Below are positions 1 through 9,151 of a stretch of DNA of 35,944 nt, piece by piece; the first letter of the stretch is position 1; the number at the start of each line of letters is the position of its first letter. This stretch comes from Candidatus Omnitrophota bacterium. Its GTDB lineage: Bacteria; Omnitrophota; Gorgyraeia; Gygaellales; Profunditerraquicolaceae. The translations under genes were made by a program, and so were the position numbers. The stretch is from positions 1 through 35,944 of the forward strand of contig JAQUAH010000002.1 of NCBI GenBank assembly GCA_028687345.1, written 5' to 3'. The notes beneath the pieces are model-generated. The model saw only the letters and a list, made by a program, of their open reading frames with translations, was not told the DNA's origin and searched no databases.

Positions 1-1
1 T

Positions 2-100
2 GCTTTTGCAACTTTCCTGGAAGAAAGAATGGACGCGGCAAAAATCAGCGCAAGGGATAAAATGATTATGCTACAAAGAATTGCCGAAGGTAGAATTTAG
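2..100 (+). CDS. possible 3' end of an upstream CDS truncated by the window edge
   Basis: Frame 2 is open from the window edge to TAG at 98-100 (AFATFLEERMDAAKISARDKMIMLQRIAEGRI*). No recognisable domain; too short to judge. Confidence 0.2.
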   Translation, partial: AFATFLEERMDAAKISARDKMIMLQRIAEGRI

Positions 101-183
101 AAGAATCCGGTAAAGCCGTAACAGGAGAAGGTAAAAAAGCCCTTACCAAAGAGGCGACAAGGCGGCTGCAAGATAGGGTTTTA

Positions 184-2523
184 TTGAAATTAAGTGCAGG
201 AGGCATATTAGATACATTACGAAGATTTTGCGCAACGAATATGTCCGGTGTTAATGTAACAGGAACCGAGAGGACAAGAGAGGGCATTATAAAAATCTCT
301 CTTTCTAAAGGAGAGCAAGCCTACTGTATTGAATTTGAAACAAGAAGATTGCACGTGGCTTTAAAAAAGAAAGCGAAAGATAATACCGCATCTGGCCAGA
401 CAGCCTGTTTCTGGCATTGGGCGGTATTTACTGCGGCGACGGGTATTTTAACGTTATGTTTGTCAGGCAGCTGGCTGGCTGTTCTGCCGTGCATTTATTT
501 TATATTAGGTATATGGATGACAAAATCAATACATGCAACCGGACAAGAGTTCGTTGCCTACACCCGCAAAGGAAAAACCAAAAATATGCTCGGCTACGAC
601 CTGCTTGATTCATTTTCTAAGATGATAGTTGATGCGGAAGAGGCCTGGCATAGAATTACCACCGGAATATTCCCCAGGCATAATCCGCTTAACTGCAAAT
701 CAAAATGGAAAAATATTATTCTTTTTTGGCTGCTGCAAGTATCGGATGAATTTTTAGCCAAGCTTTTTATTCCTCTAGCCCTTTCATTATATATAAATGG
801 AACGAATAGAACGGTTAGGAAAATAATTGATAATTTATATTTAGAGTACTATCAAAGCTTACCAAATCGAGAAGGTGTGTTTTTCAGAGATCCTGATTCC
901 CTTAGCGATGTAGCTTTCGGTATTAATTACGGAACATATGAAATTACATCTCCTAAAGTTTTTAAGCCTTTAATGGCAATGGCAGGGATAAGAGAAGGAA
1001 TGCGATTATTTGATTTCGGCTCAGGGGATGGTAATTTCGCCTATAACTTGGCTAACTACGGGGTATGCGTTGATGGAGGAGAAGTAGAGGATTTTCTATT
1101 TGATACATACCAGAAGATGAGAGACAGAATTTCAGAATACATCAGGGAGCCAGCCAGGAAAAATTTACCGCCGCAGATTATTAACCACTTAAGAGATATA
1201 GTGCAAAGAGTGCGCCTGCAAAGACTGGACATATTTGACGCAGAAATTGATTTCTCACAATACGATGTCGTCTATCTTTATTATCCGGAACCAGGAGGAG
1301 ATGATCTTAGAAAAGAAGATGTTTTTTTGGAGAGATTGAATACGGTTTTATCTCACCCTCAAAGAGGAATACGCAGCGACGCACTTCTGATTATCTTGCA
1401 AAACGGTGATTATCGGCCATTGCCTCTGCGTAACTTTAGATTACTTGATTACAGAAGGATTAAATTAAGCCGTTATGAGGATCGTTATTTATATAAATAT
1501 CAGAGGTATCATAGTGGTCCTGCTCCTGATTTATCAGCTGATGGCGATAACGGCCTTACTAGAGCAATGGTGAATAAAATTATCGCAGAGCGCTTAAGGC
1601 AGCAGCCGGAGCATTTAGTCCTTGATGCGACTTCCGAAGAGGTTGAATTCTTGAAAGCATTTTTTGGCGTGAGGTCAACTTCTAAGAATTGGCGCTCAAA
1701 GTTTTATTCAAGGATAACCAGGCCAATGGAAGATTTAGAAATAGAAATACATGTTTTAAAAGATTTACCGCACCGCGGATATTGGCAAATGAATGAATAC
1801 TTGACTCAATTAAAGATTCTTGTCAGAGAGGGTGAGGATATAGCCAGAGTAGCAGTGCACGAGACTGCTGCTGCCATAACCGCTAACTTCGGGGAGTCTA
1901 CTCACGGGTGGATAAGGCCGACCTCACATGAAACAAACTTAGAAATAGAAGAAGATTTTCAATGCTGGTCGAGTTGCGCAGGGGTAACTGTTCCGCCATC
2001 TGCGGAAGATTCCGAACTTTCGCATCAATTTTCAGATGCAGCCAAAGCAGAAATCTCAGGAAGGAAAAAAGGGAAAACAGACCTTACCGCAGAGAGTTCC
2101 AATAATGTAAATTCCCCTACTCTTGTAAAAATAATTGTTGATAAAATATATGCGGCAATAAAATTCATTTTCACTAGATATATAGGTAAATACAGGTTAT
2201 CAAGAATTTACCGTTGCGCAATCTTGATAATATTCTTAATCCCGATTTTATTTATGAATAACGGATGCGCCGGATCGTCATTTAATCAATCAATAATTCC
2301 TCCGCAACCTATTTATATGCAGCGGCAGCCTATATATACGCCTCAACCGATATATACACCGCAGCCCGTCTTTACACCTCAGCGCGGCAATTGGCCAGGG
2401 CAATATAATTTTAATATCCGAGCACCGGCTAATTATTGGCAGCAACAGCCTATTATTCAACAACAGCCAATTATTATGCCTAAACCACTACCGCCACCTC
2501 CTCCACCGCCAACGAGGAGATAG
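184..2523 (+). CDS. hypothetical multi-domain membrane protein with class I SAM-methyltransferase-like core and Pro/Gln-rich C-terminal tail
   Basis: 779-codon ORF (TTG at 184; first in-frame ATG at 241). Hydrophobic pair of helices at about aa 75-115. MTase motif-I-like LFDFGSGDGNFAYNL followed by acidic VDGGEVED and DVVYLYYPEP. C-terminal hydrophobic segment CAILIIFLIPILF, then QPIY/QPVF and QQQPII repeats and a P8 run. No family recognised. Confidence 0.6.
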   Translation: MKLSAGGILDTLRRFCATNMSGVNVTGTERTREGIIKISLSKGEQAYCIEFETRRLHVALKKKAKDNTASGQTACFWHWAVFTAATGILTLCLSGSWLAVLPCIYFILGIWMTKSIHATGQEFVAYTRKGKTKNMLGYDLLDSFSKMIVDAEEAWHRITTGIFPRHNPLNCKSKWKNIILFWLLQVSDEFLAKLFIPLALSLYINGTNRTVRKIIDNLYLEYYQSLPNREGVFFRDPDSLSDVAFGINYGTYEITSPKVFKPLMAMAGIREGMRLFDFGSGDGNFAYNLANYGVCVDGGEVEDFLFDTYQKMRDRISEYIREPARKNLPPQIINHLRDIVQRVRLQRLDIFDAEIDFSQYDVVYLYYPEPGGDDLRKEDVFLERLNTVLSHPQRGIRSDALLIILQNGDYRPLPLRNFRLLDYRRIKLSRYEDRYLYKYQRYHSGPAPDLSADGDNGLTRAMVNKIIAERLRQQPEHLVLDATSEEVEFLKAFFGVRSTSKNWRSKFYSRITRPMEDLEIEIHVLKDLPHRGYWQMNEYLTQLKILVREGEDIARVAVHETAAAITANFGESTHGWIRPTSHETNLEIEEDFQCWSSCAGVTVPPSAEDSELSHQFSDAAKAEISGRKKGKTDLTAESSNNVNSPTLVKIIVDKIYAAIKFIFTRYIGKYRLSRIYRCAILIIFLIPILFMNNGCAGSSFNQSIIPPQPIYMQRQPIYTPQPIYTPQPVFTPQRGNWPGQYNFNIRAPANYWQQQPIIQQQPIIMPKPLPPPPPPPTRR

Positions 2524-2535
2524 AAAGGAGAAGAT

Positions 2536-2913
2536 ATGGACAAGAAAAGATCTATAGCGCTAACAATAATTAGTAGAATTGAGATGGTTTTCGGTTCGTT
2601 AGGAGTATTATTGGGGCTGATACTACTTATAATGGGTTTGTTAAAAAATGAGGCCGAAGGAATTTTGTATGGCATTTGTTGGGGTGGACCAGCTTTAGTA
2701 ATGCTAATAACAGGAGAACTTACTTTTAGGTTACATCCATTAGGTAGAATATTTCATTTAATCTTATCCTATCTTATTATTCTTTTAGTTATTTTAAATC
2801 TTATTCAAGGTTCAATCAAACTAACTACAGTATGGTTAATAATTCTAATTTTATCTATTTTATTAATTGTATTTTTTAACAGTGCTTATATAAAGAAACA
2901 ATTTGAAAAATAA
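2536..2913 (+). CDS. small integral membrane protein (about four TM helices), hypothetical
   Basis: 125-codon ORF with GGAG-type RBS (aaaggagaagat) just upstream of the ATG. Almost entirely hydrophobic sequence; noticeably AT-rich. Confidence 0.55.
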   Translation: MDKKRSIALTIISRIEMVFGSLGVLLGLILLIMGLLKNEAEGILYGICWGGPALVMLITGELTFRLHPLGRIFHLILSYLIILLVILNLIQGSIKLTTVWLIILILSILLIVFFNSAYIKKQFEK

Positions 2914-2954
2914 TTTTAATTTTGCCTATCTAATGCAGAAAGGAGGTGAGTGAG

Positions 2955-3656
2955 ATGACAGACAACAGGAGATTTACAAGATGGAACATAGATTTACCCA
3001 CTACTGTGACTTTAGAAGGCGCACAGGCATGCACTGATTGTAAGGTCAGCAACATCAGTTTTAAAGGCGCTCAAATTTGTGTAGCGATGAAATTAGCAAA
3101 AGACACATTCATTAAGTTATGTTTGACTTTGGCAGAGGGGTTCAGTTTAACGGTGGAGGCATGGATAGTGTGGCATAAAACCATAGACGGCCATAACGTC
3201 TACGGTTTATATTTTACCCATATATCTGATGCGGATAAGGAAAAAATATATAGATTCTTACGCCGTGATTTTCCGCAGCAGGTAAATCAAAGTTGGTGGC
3301 AAGGCATAGAGAAGGGGGGCGAGAATATGAAACAAGAGACCTTGCAAGACAAAAGGGTTTTTGCCCGGTTTGCCAAAAGCTTTCCCGTAAGGTTTTTGGA
3401 GGCAAACACCTACACAGAAATAGAGGCAGAGGCGACGGATATCAGCGCCAAAGGAATAGGGGTTGTTTCAGGCAAGGAGTTAATCCCGCCTGTCCCTTTG
3501 GAATTATGGCTGGATATCCCTGATAAGGGTGAGCCGTTTTACATCCGCGGAAACGTGGTTTGGTCAAAACCCACAGGGTCAGATAGATACCGCTCAGGGA
3601 TAAGTTTCGAAAAAGCCGACCTCTTGGGATTGGCACGGGTTTTAAGGGCAAAATGA
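2955..3656 (+). CDS. tandem PilZ-domain protein (putative c-di-GMP receptor)
   Basis: Two copies of the PilZ signature: RRFTR...NISFKG and RVFAR...DISAKG (RxxxR ... D/NxSxxG). AGGAGG at 2941-2946 sits 8 nt before ATG 2955. The ORF track start GTG 2946 overlaps the RBS, so ATG 2955 is preferred. Confidence 0.75.
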   Translation: MTDNRRFTRWNIDLPTTVTLEGAQACTDCKVSNISFKGAQICVAMKLAKDTFIKLCLTLAEGFSLTVEAWIVWHKTIDGHNVYGLYFTHISDADKEKIYRFLRRDFPQQVNQSWWQGIEKGGENMKQETLQDKRVFARFAKSFPVRFLEANTYTEIEAEATDISAKGIGVVSGKELIPPVPLELWLDIPDKGEPFYIRGNVVWSKPTGSDRYRSGISFEKADLLGLARVLRAK

Positions 3657-3671
3657 AAGGGAAATTTTGTC

Positions 3672-3700
3672 TTGAAATATTTGGAAAGTTGTGTTAGATT
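3672..3700 (+). promoter_or_regulatory. candidate sigma70-type promoter for the sugar ABC operon
   Basis: TTGAAA (3672-3677), 17-nt spacer, TAGATT (3695-3700), about 70 nt upstream of the SBP start. Confidence 0.3.
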
Positions 3701-3771
3701 TTAGTATTCCCCTAAATTGGTCAAAATAGCCTTTTTAGTCTGCCTATTTGTATAAAAAAGAAGGAGGATTT

Positions 3772-5076
3772 ATGAAGTGGTTTTTGCGCAGCATAGGTTT
3801 AGCTTTATTGTCTTTATTTTTTATAAATTTATCAGGTTGTGCGCCTCAAACAAGCGGTAAAACTGCCAATATAACAGTCTGGCACTGGATGACTGACCGC
3901 GAGCCGGCATTCCAGGAATTAAGTAAAAGATACGCTGCGAAAACCGGCATGAAGGTAAATTTTGAACTTTATGCTCCTTCTGATGCCTATACGCAAAAGG
4001 TGCGCGCTGCAGCGCAGGGCGGAAATCTTCCGGATATTTTTGGCGTGCTGGGCGAAAAGAGAGATTTTTCCTCATTCGTTAAAGCCGGGCATATTCTTGA
4101 GCTAACTCCTTATATGGAAGAAGAAGGTAGCGCGTGGAAAAATAAATTCTTCCCTAAGGCGTTGGCAGTAAATGAGTTTATCCCCGAAAATACTTATACG
4201 GTAAAACCCGGCATTTACGGTGTGCCCATAGATATAATGACCATTCAAATGCTCTACAATAAGGATTTATTCAAGGAATTAGGGTTTAACCCCCAGAAGC
4301 CCCCGGCTACATTCGGGGAATTATTAGATATAGGTAAGAAGATAAAAGAAAAAAATATGCAGGGTTTAGTCTCCGGCTGGGGCGAGGTGTGGATGATTGA
4401 TTGTTTTGCCAACAATTACGCCTTTAATATCATGGGCCAGGATAAAGTATTGGCAACTATAAAAGGGGAAGTCCCCTATACGGACCCGGATTGGGTAAAG
4501 GTATTTACGCTTTTTAAAGAATTGCAGGATTCAGGGTTTCTGGCCAATGGTTTGGTGACCATGGTGAATAAAACAGCGGAACAGCTCTTTGCCAACGATA
4601 AAGCTGTGTTCGCCTTTAACGGCTCCTGGTGCGTTAATGTTTATAAAGGAATGAACCCAAAATTAAATTATTGGGCAATCTTGCCTCCTCAGGTTTCGGA
4701 TAAATTCCCTATGTCTATCTGGGGAGGGGCAGGTTCTTCTTTTATGGTGAATGCCCGCTCCAAAAATAAAGAAGAAGCGGTAAAATTCTTAAAATGGCTT
4801 ACAGACGCTGACCAGCAGGCTTTCCTTTCTGAAGCTACGCAGAATCTGCCTGCGAATAAAGACAGCGTGGGTAAAATACCCCATATTTTAGCGCAGTTTG
4901 CCAAGGGAATGGATTTTGCCACGCACCCGAGTATCTGGGGAATTTCTGAATTTTCACCAGTCATCGAGGCATTTGATAAGGGGATACAGTCGATTATAAT
5001 CGGCGAGAAGACACCGGAACAGGTGGCGCAGGAAGTGCAAAAAATAAAGGAAAGAGAACTCGCCAAGAAAAGATAA
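3772..5076 (+). CDS. ABC transporter extracellular solute-binding lipoprotein, carbohydrate (CUT1/family 1) type
   Basis: GAAGGAGG RBS then ATG 3772. Signal peptide ending in lipobox LSGC. Length and composition are typical of sugar SBPs. Followed directly by two MalF/MalG-like permeases. Confidence 0.9.
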   Translation: MKWFLRSIGLALLSLFFINLSGCAPQTSGKTANITVWHWMTDREPAFQELSKRYAAKTGMKVNFELYAPSDAYTQKVRAAAQGGNLPDIFGVLGEKRDFSSFVKAGHILELTPYMEEEGSAWKNKFFPKALAVNEFIPENTYTVKPGIYGVPIDIMTIQMLYNKDLFKELGFNPQKPPATFGELLDIGKKIKEKNMQGLVSGWGEVWMIDCFANNYAFNIMGQDKVLATIKGEVPYTDPDWVKVFTLFKELQDSGFLANGLVTMVNKTAEQLFANDKAVFAFNGSWCVNVYKGMNPKLNYWAILPPQVSDKFPMSIWGGAGSSFMVNARSKNKEEAVKFLKWLTDADQQAFLSEATQNLPANKDSVGKIPHILAQFAKGMDFATHPSIWGISEFSPVIEAFDKGIQSIIIGEKTPEQVAQEVQKIKERELAKKR

Positions 5077-5951
5077 TGCGGCTTAAATCTAGTCTAGAAA
5101 ATTACATATTCGTCCTTCCCGCAGTGCTGATTTTCGTCATTTTTTATGTCATACCTTTTATCCGGGTATTTCAGCTGGGGCTTTATGAGTGGGATGGCAT
5201 ACTTCCTACCAAGATCTTTGTAGGATTAGATAATTTCAAAGAAATTTTGACGGATAAAATCTGGTGGCAGTCAATGTGGCAGGCAGGGTATATTACCCTG
5301 ATAGCGCTAACCCTGCAAAATGCCGTGGCCTTTCTTTTGGCCTGGGCCTGCGACAGGGAAATCAGATTAAAAAATTTTTACAGGGTTATATTCTTTATAC
5401 CCCCGGTCCTTTCCGAAGTGGTTGTAGGTTTAGTCTGGCAGTGGATTTTAGACGGCAATTATGGCTTATTGAACCACTGGCTGATACATTTGGGCCTTCC
5501 GAATCTTGCGCGCAACTGGCTTTCAGACCCCAATACGGCCTTAACTACGGTAGCAATTGTCCATTCATGGAAGGGTTTTGGCTGGGGATTCCTGATCTTT
5601 TTAGCCGGATTGCAGACTATACCGCGGGAACTTTATGAAGCATCGCGCGTTGACGGAGCAAATGCGTGGCATGCCTTTAAAAATGTTACCATCCCTTTGA
5701 TGATACCTGTGGCAGTTTTGGTGGCGATACTTACAATTTTAGGGACTATGCAGGCTTTTGTCTTGATTATCGCCATGACCGGAGGCGGGCCTGCGTATCA
5801 TACCCAGGTGCCGGTTTTAAGAATACTGGCGTCAATGCGAGGTTCATCCAGATTTGGTTATGCCTGCGCCCAGGGGATAAGTTTTGGAGTAATCTTGATG
5901 GCGATTTCATTTATCCAATACCGATTTTCAAAGCACGCCAGGCAAACATAG
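5076..5951 (+). CDS. carbohydrate ABC transporter permease (MalF/UgpA-like)
   Basis: TAATG overlap with the SBP gene. Six-TM-like hydrophobic profile. EAA-loop motif EASRVDGANAWHAFKNVTIPLM. Confidence 0.9.
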   Translation: MRLKSSLENYIFVLPAVLIFVIFYVIPFIRVFQLGLYEWDGILPTKIFVGLDNFKEILTDKIWWQSMWQAGYITLIALTLQNAVAFLLAWACDREIRLKNFYRVIFFIPPVLSEVVVGLVWQWILDGNYGLLNHWLIHLGLPNLARNWLSDPNTALTTVAIVHSWKGFGWGFLIFLAGLQTIPRELYEASRVDGANAWHAFKNVTIPLMIPVAVLVAILTILGTMQAFVLIIAMTGGGPAYHTQVPVLRILASMRGSSRFGYACAQGISFGVILMAISFIQYRFSKHARQT

Positions 5952-5969
5952 AACCGTCACTATGAAACT

Positions 5970-6818
5970 ATGAAAACGACTCTTTATTATAAGACAAAAA
6001 AAATAGGCATAAACATATTGATACATCTTTTTTTGCTCAGTGTCGCGATTACCTGCATCTTCCCTTTAGTATGGATGGTTTCTTCAAGCCTTAAAACCCA
6101 GGAGACCATATTCAGGGATACATCCCTGATACCGAAAAGTTTTCATTTTGAAAATTATTATCTGGCCTGGATGGAAGGCGGCTTCGGGAGAAATTTCCTA
6201 AACAGCATATTTTATACAACCTCTGTAGTCATCGGCATCATTATTGTATCTTCGCTTGCTGCCTATGCCTTCTCGCGCCTGCGTTTTCCGGGTAGCAACT
6301 TACTCTTTTTTATGTTTATGGCTGCAATGATGATACCCATACCGGGAAGTTTCGTGCCGCTTTATGTGCTCTTAAATAAATTACACCTGCGTAATACCGC
6401 CCTGGGGTATATCCTCTGCATGATAAATGTAGGGCTTTCTACCAGCATATTTTTGTTGAAGACATTTTTTGATAAAATGCCCAAGGAATTGGAAGATGCA
6501 GCGCGCATAGACGGCTGTTCTAAATTAGGAATCTGGTGGCATGTGGCCTTGCCTTTGGCAAAGCCTGTTCTGGCTGTGGTAGTAATTTTTAATGCCCTGA
6601 ATGTCTGGAATGAATACGTCTTAGCCCTGATTATTTTTGATAGCAAGCCCCTGATGCCTTTACAGGTAGCCCTGACCACGTTTCAGGGAGAATTTATTAC
6701 GCGTTACCCGCTTTTAATGGCAGGGCTGACTATCACTGCCTTACCTATAATATTAGTGTACCTGTTGATGCAGAAGTATATTGTCAAGGGCGTAACACAA
6801 GGAGCTGTTGTAGGATGA
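5970..6818 (+). CDS. carbohydrate ABC transporter permease (MalG/UgpE-like)
   Basis: EAA-loop motif EDAARIDGCSKLGIWWHVALPLAKP. Typical length and hydrophobic profile. Confidence 0.9.
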   Translation: MKTTLYYKTKKIGINILIHLFLLSVAITCIFPLVWMVSSSLKTQETIFRDTSLIPKSFHFENYYLAWMEGGFGRNFLNSIFYTTSVVIGIIIVSSLAAYAFSRLRFPGSNLLFFMFMAAMMIPIPGSFVPLYVLLNKLHLRNTALGYILCMINVGLSTSIFLLKTFFDKMPKELEDAARIDGCSKLGIWWHVALPLAKPVLAVVVIFNALNVWNEYVLALIIFDSKPLMPLQVALTTFQGEFITRYPLLMAGLTITALPIILVYLLMQKYIVKGVTQGAVVG

Positions 6819-9151
6819 AAGCCATTATTAGGTTATTACGTTATTACGTTTTAGCGTTGATTATAACTAGCCCTACCTACTACCTACTACCTACTACCTA
6901 CTCTGAGGACAAACCTTCTTCTAGCGAGTTAATAATAAAGTCCTGGGAAGTGCACGGCAAGAGGGATATTGAGGCCACCTTTAAATATACGCAGGAGTGC
7001 ATTGATTTATATAAAGATGAAGCAGACAGGCAGGAGGCATCTTTAAGGGTACTGCCAAAAGGAAGAAGCGAAATTGAAGCAGTGCAGGTTTTAAATGATG
7101 TGGCTACTGCCCATTTTATTCAAGCTGAAAGCTACATGCGCCAGGAAAAGAAAGAGGAAGCAAAGAAAATCTTCAAAATGATTGTTGAAAAATACCCCTA
7201 TGCCCAGGCCTGGGACCCGCGCGGCTGGTACTGGGTTATTGCTAAAGCTGCTCAAGAAAGCATAGATAAATTAGAAGGCCGTACCGCTACAGCGCCTGTT
7301 AAACCTCCTCCCGAAGTCAGCCAGTTAGCCACCAAAGTAGTTTTATACGACCCCGGCAAAGAGGATTTTGTAGATTATGAGAAATACGGAGTATTTGAAA
7401 ACACAGGGACCAAGGATTATAAATATACGGTCAAGGACCAGGAGGGATTAATCGCTGCAGTGGGCGAAGGCATATATCCCAATACCGGCTCAGTCAGGTG
7501 GGACCCGGAGTTTAAAAAGGCACAGCAGGAAAAAAGGCTGACGGTTAAGAATCTTGAACCAGAACAGAAGCGGCTTGAACATTGGTATTTTGTGCATTCC
7601 CCTGATTTAGAGGCGGCATTTTTAAAATGGGCTACTGCCCCTGAGCCGCAGGGAGTAAGGCTTTTCTACACCGCGCTTATTTTAGAAAAATCCGGGCTCA
7701 TAAAACATGCGCTAAAGTGTTATTATGCGATTGTGGTGCATTTCCCCGGCAGTTACGGAAAGACATACTGGGATACGCCCTGGTACGTGGGCCAGGCAGC
7801 CATCGCGAAAATAAATTTTCTTTTGAGAAAAAATCCGCAAATAGGGTATAAACTCCAGGATGCGGATATAAAGATAATTAATGGTTATGACAACGATCTA
7901 TCCAACGATATAGTTATTACCAACCCCGGCAGGTTTGTAAAGGTAGGTATCTTAGAGAAATTAAAACCCAAGCCAAATACAGATTTGTTGAGTATTAAGA
8001 AAAGATCGGGCAAAGGAAGGGTGAGGGTTATCCAGTACGAAACCGGGGATTGGCAGTTAATGGTGGACAATAAACCTTATATCATAAAAGGGATTACTTA
8101 CGCGCCTACTAAGGTGGGAGAATCTCCCGATGATGGGACAATGACTAACTGGATGTATGATGATTTTAATCAGAACGGCAAAATTGACGGCCCATATGAG
8201 GCCTTTGTGGATAAAAATAAAAACAATCTTCAGGATTCCAATGAGCCGGCAGTAGGCGACTTCAAATTAATGAAAGATATGGGCATAAACACCATAAGGG
8301 TATATCATCAGCCATTTGAGGTTAGTAAAGAGCTTCTTAGGGATCTGTATGAGACTTACGGCATAAGAGTAATTATGGGAGATTTTCTCGGCAAATATGC
8401 GCTTGGCTCAGGCGCCCCATGGAATCCAGGCACAGATTATAATAATGAAGAACACAAGAAGAATATGCTGGATTCAGTAACTAAAATGGTAGAAGAATTT
8501 AAGGACGAGCCATATATATTGTTCTGGCTGTTGGGAAATGAAAATGTTTACGGCGTAGCCTGTAATGCAGACAAAGACCCGGATACATTCTTTAAGTTTG
8601 CCAATGAGGTAGCCAAGCAGATTAAATTATTAGACCCACAGCATCCGGTTGCTATATGCAGCGGAGATATATTATACTTGGATAAATTCGGTAAAGACGC
8701 TCCTGACATAGATATTTTTGGCACCAATGCCTATCGCGGAGATTATGGCTTTGGTTTCTTGTGGCGGCAGGTAAAAAACGAAGCAGACAGGCCTGTGTTT
8801 ATTACCGAGTTTGGGTGCCCGGCCTTCGCAGAAGGCAAATCCGACGAAGAGACAGAGGCCCTTCAGGCAGAATACCTGCAGAATTCATGGGAAGATATTG
8901 AGAATAACATGGCTTTCAATACCGGCGCGGGCAATTCATTAGGCGGGGTTGTATTTGAATGGCTGGATGAATGGTGGAAGGCATATGAGCCCGGCAAACA
9001 CGATACAAAAGGATTGTGGATCGGGCCGTTTCCCGACGGGTTTATGCATGAAGAGTGGCTTGGTACCTGCGGCCAGGGAGACGGGAAACTGAGCCCGTTC
9101 TTAAGGCAGTTGCGCAAATCTTATTATATGTATAAGGAGATTTGGAAATAA
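6815..9151 (+). CDS. secreted protein: N-terminal helical/TPR-like region fused to a clan GH-A-like (beta/alpha)8 glycoside hydrolase domain, family unassigned
   Basis: ATGA overlap with the permease stop. Signal-peptide-like N-terminus. C-terminal about 400 aa carries KPYIIKGITYAP, GINTIRVY, LGNENVYG (candidate acid/base Glu), FITEFGCPA (candidate nucleophile Glu) and FEWLDEWWK. Paralogous to the protein at 10507-11823. Confidence 0.75.
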   Translation: MKAIIRLLRYYVLALIITSPTYYLLPTTYSEDKPSSSELIIKSWEVHGKRDIEATFKYTQECIDLYKDEADRQEASLRVLPKGRSEIEAVQVLNDVATAHFIQAESYMRQEKKEEAKKIFKMIVEKYPYAQAWDPRGWYWVIAKAAQESIDKLEGRTATAPVKPPPEVSQLATKVVLYDPGKEDFVDYEKYGVFENTGTKDYKYTVKDQEGLIAAVGEGIYPNTGSVRWDPEFKKAQQEKRLTVKNLEPEQKRLEHWYFVHSPDLEAAFLKWATAPEPQGVRLFYTALILEKSGLIKHALKCYYAIVVHFPGSYGKTYWDTPWYVGQAAIAKINFLLRKNPQIGYKLQDADIKIINGYDNDLSNDIVITNPGRFVKVGILEKLKPKPNTDLLSIKKRSGKGRVRVIQYETGDWQLMVDNKPYIIKGITYAPTKVGESPDDGTMTNWMYDDFNQNGKIDGPYEAFVDKNKNNLQDSNEPAVGDFKLMKDMGINTIRVYHQPFEVSKELLRDLYETYGIRVIMGDFLGKYALGSGAPWNPGTDYNNEEHKKNMLDSVTKMVEEFKDEPYILFWLLGNENVYGVACNADKDPDTFFKFANEVAKQIKLLDPQHPVAICSGDILYLDKFGKDAPDIDIFGTNAYRGDYGFGFLWRQVKNEADRPVFITEFGCPAFAEGKSDEETEALQAEYLQNSWEDIENNMAFNTGAGNSLGGVVFEWLDEWWKAYEPGKHDTKGLWIGPFPDGFMHEEWLGTCGQGDGKLSPFLRQLRKSYYMYKEIWK
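6875..6902 (+). repeat. four perfect tandem copies of heptanucleotide TACCTAC inside the signal-peptide-coding region of the GH-like gene
   Basis: Read directly: tacctac tacctac tacctac tacctac, encoding TYYLLPTTY. The unit length is not a multiple of three. Confidence 0.9.

Noticed and set aside
2185-2523. The lipoprotein-signal-like segment plus Pro/Gln-rich tail as a separate small gene.
   Set aside because: There is no stop codon separating it from the upstream 700 codons, and there is no in-frame ATG/GTG/TTG start ahead of the hydrophobic segment. The only ATG, at 2254, lies after it. It is kept as the C-terminus of the long ORF, with an assembly check suggested.
5950-5958. AGAACCGTC between the two permease genes as another REP copy.
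   Set aside because: Only 9 nt of the core match (the terminal CC is replaced by AC). There is no partner arm to form a hairpin, and the spacer is only 18 nt. This is most likely a coincidence.
3772-6818. Absence of an ATP-binding subunit gene from the sugar ABC transporter as an anomaly.
   Set aside because: CUT1-type sugar importers commonly lack a dedicated ATPase gene and share a MsmK/MalK-like ATPase encoded elsewhere in the genome. This is not unusual.
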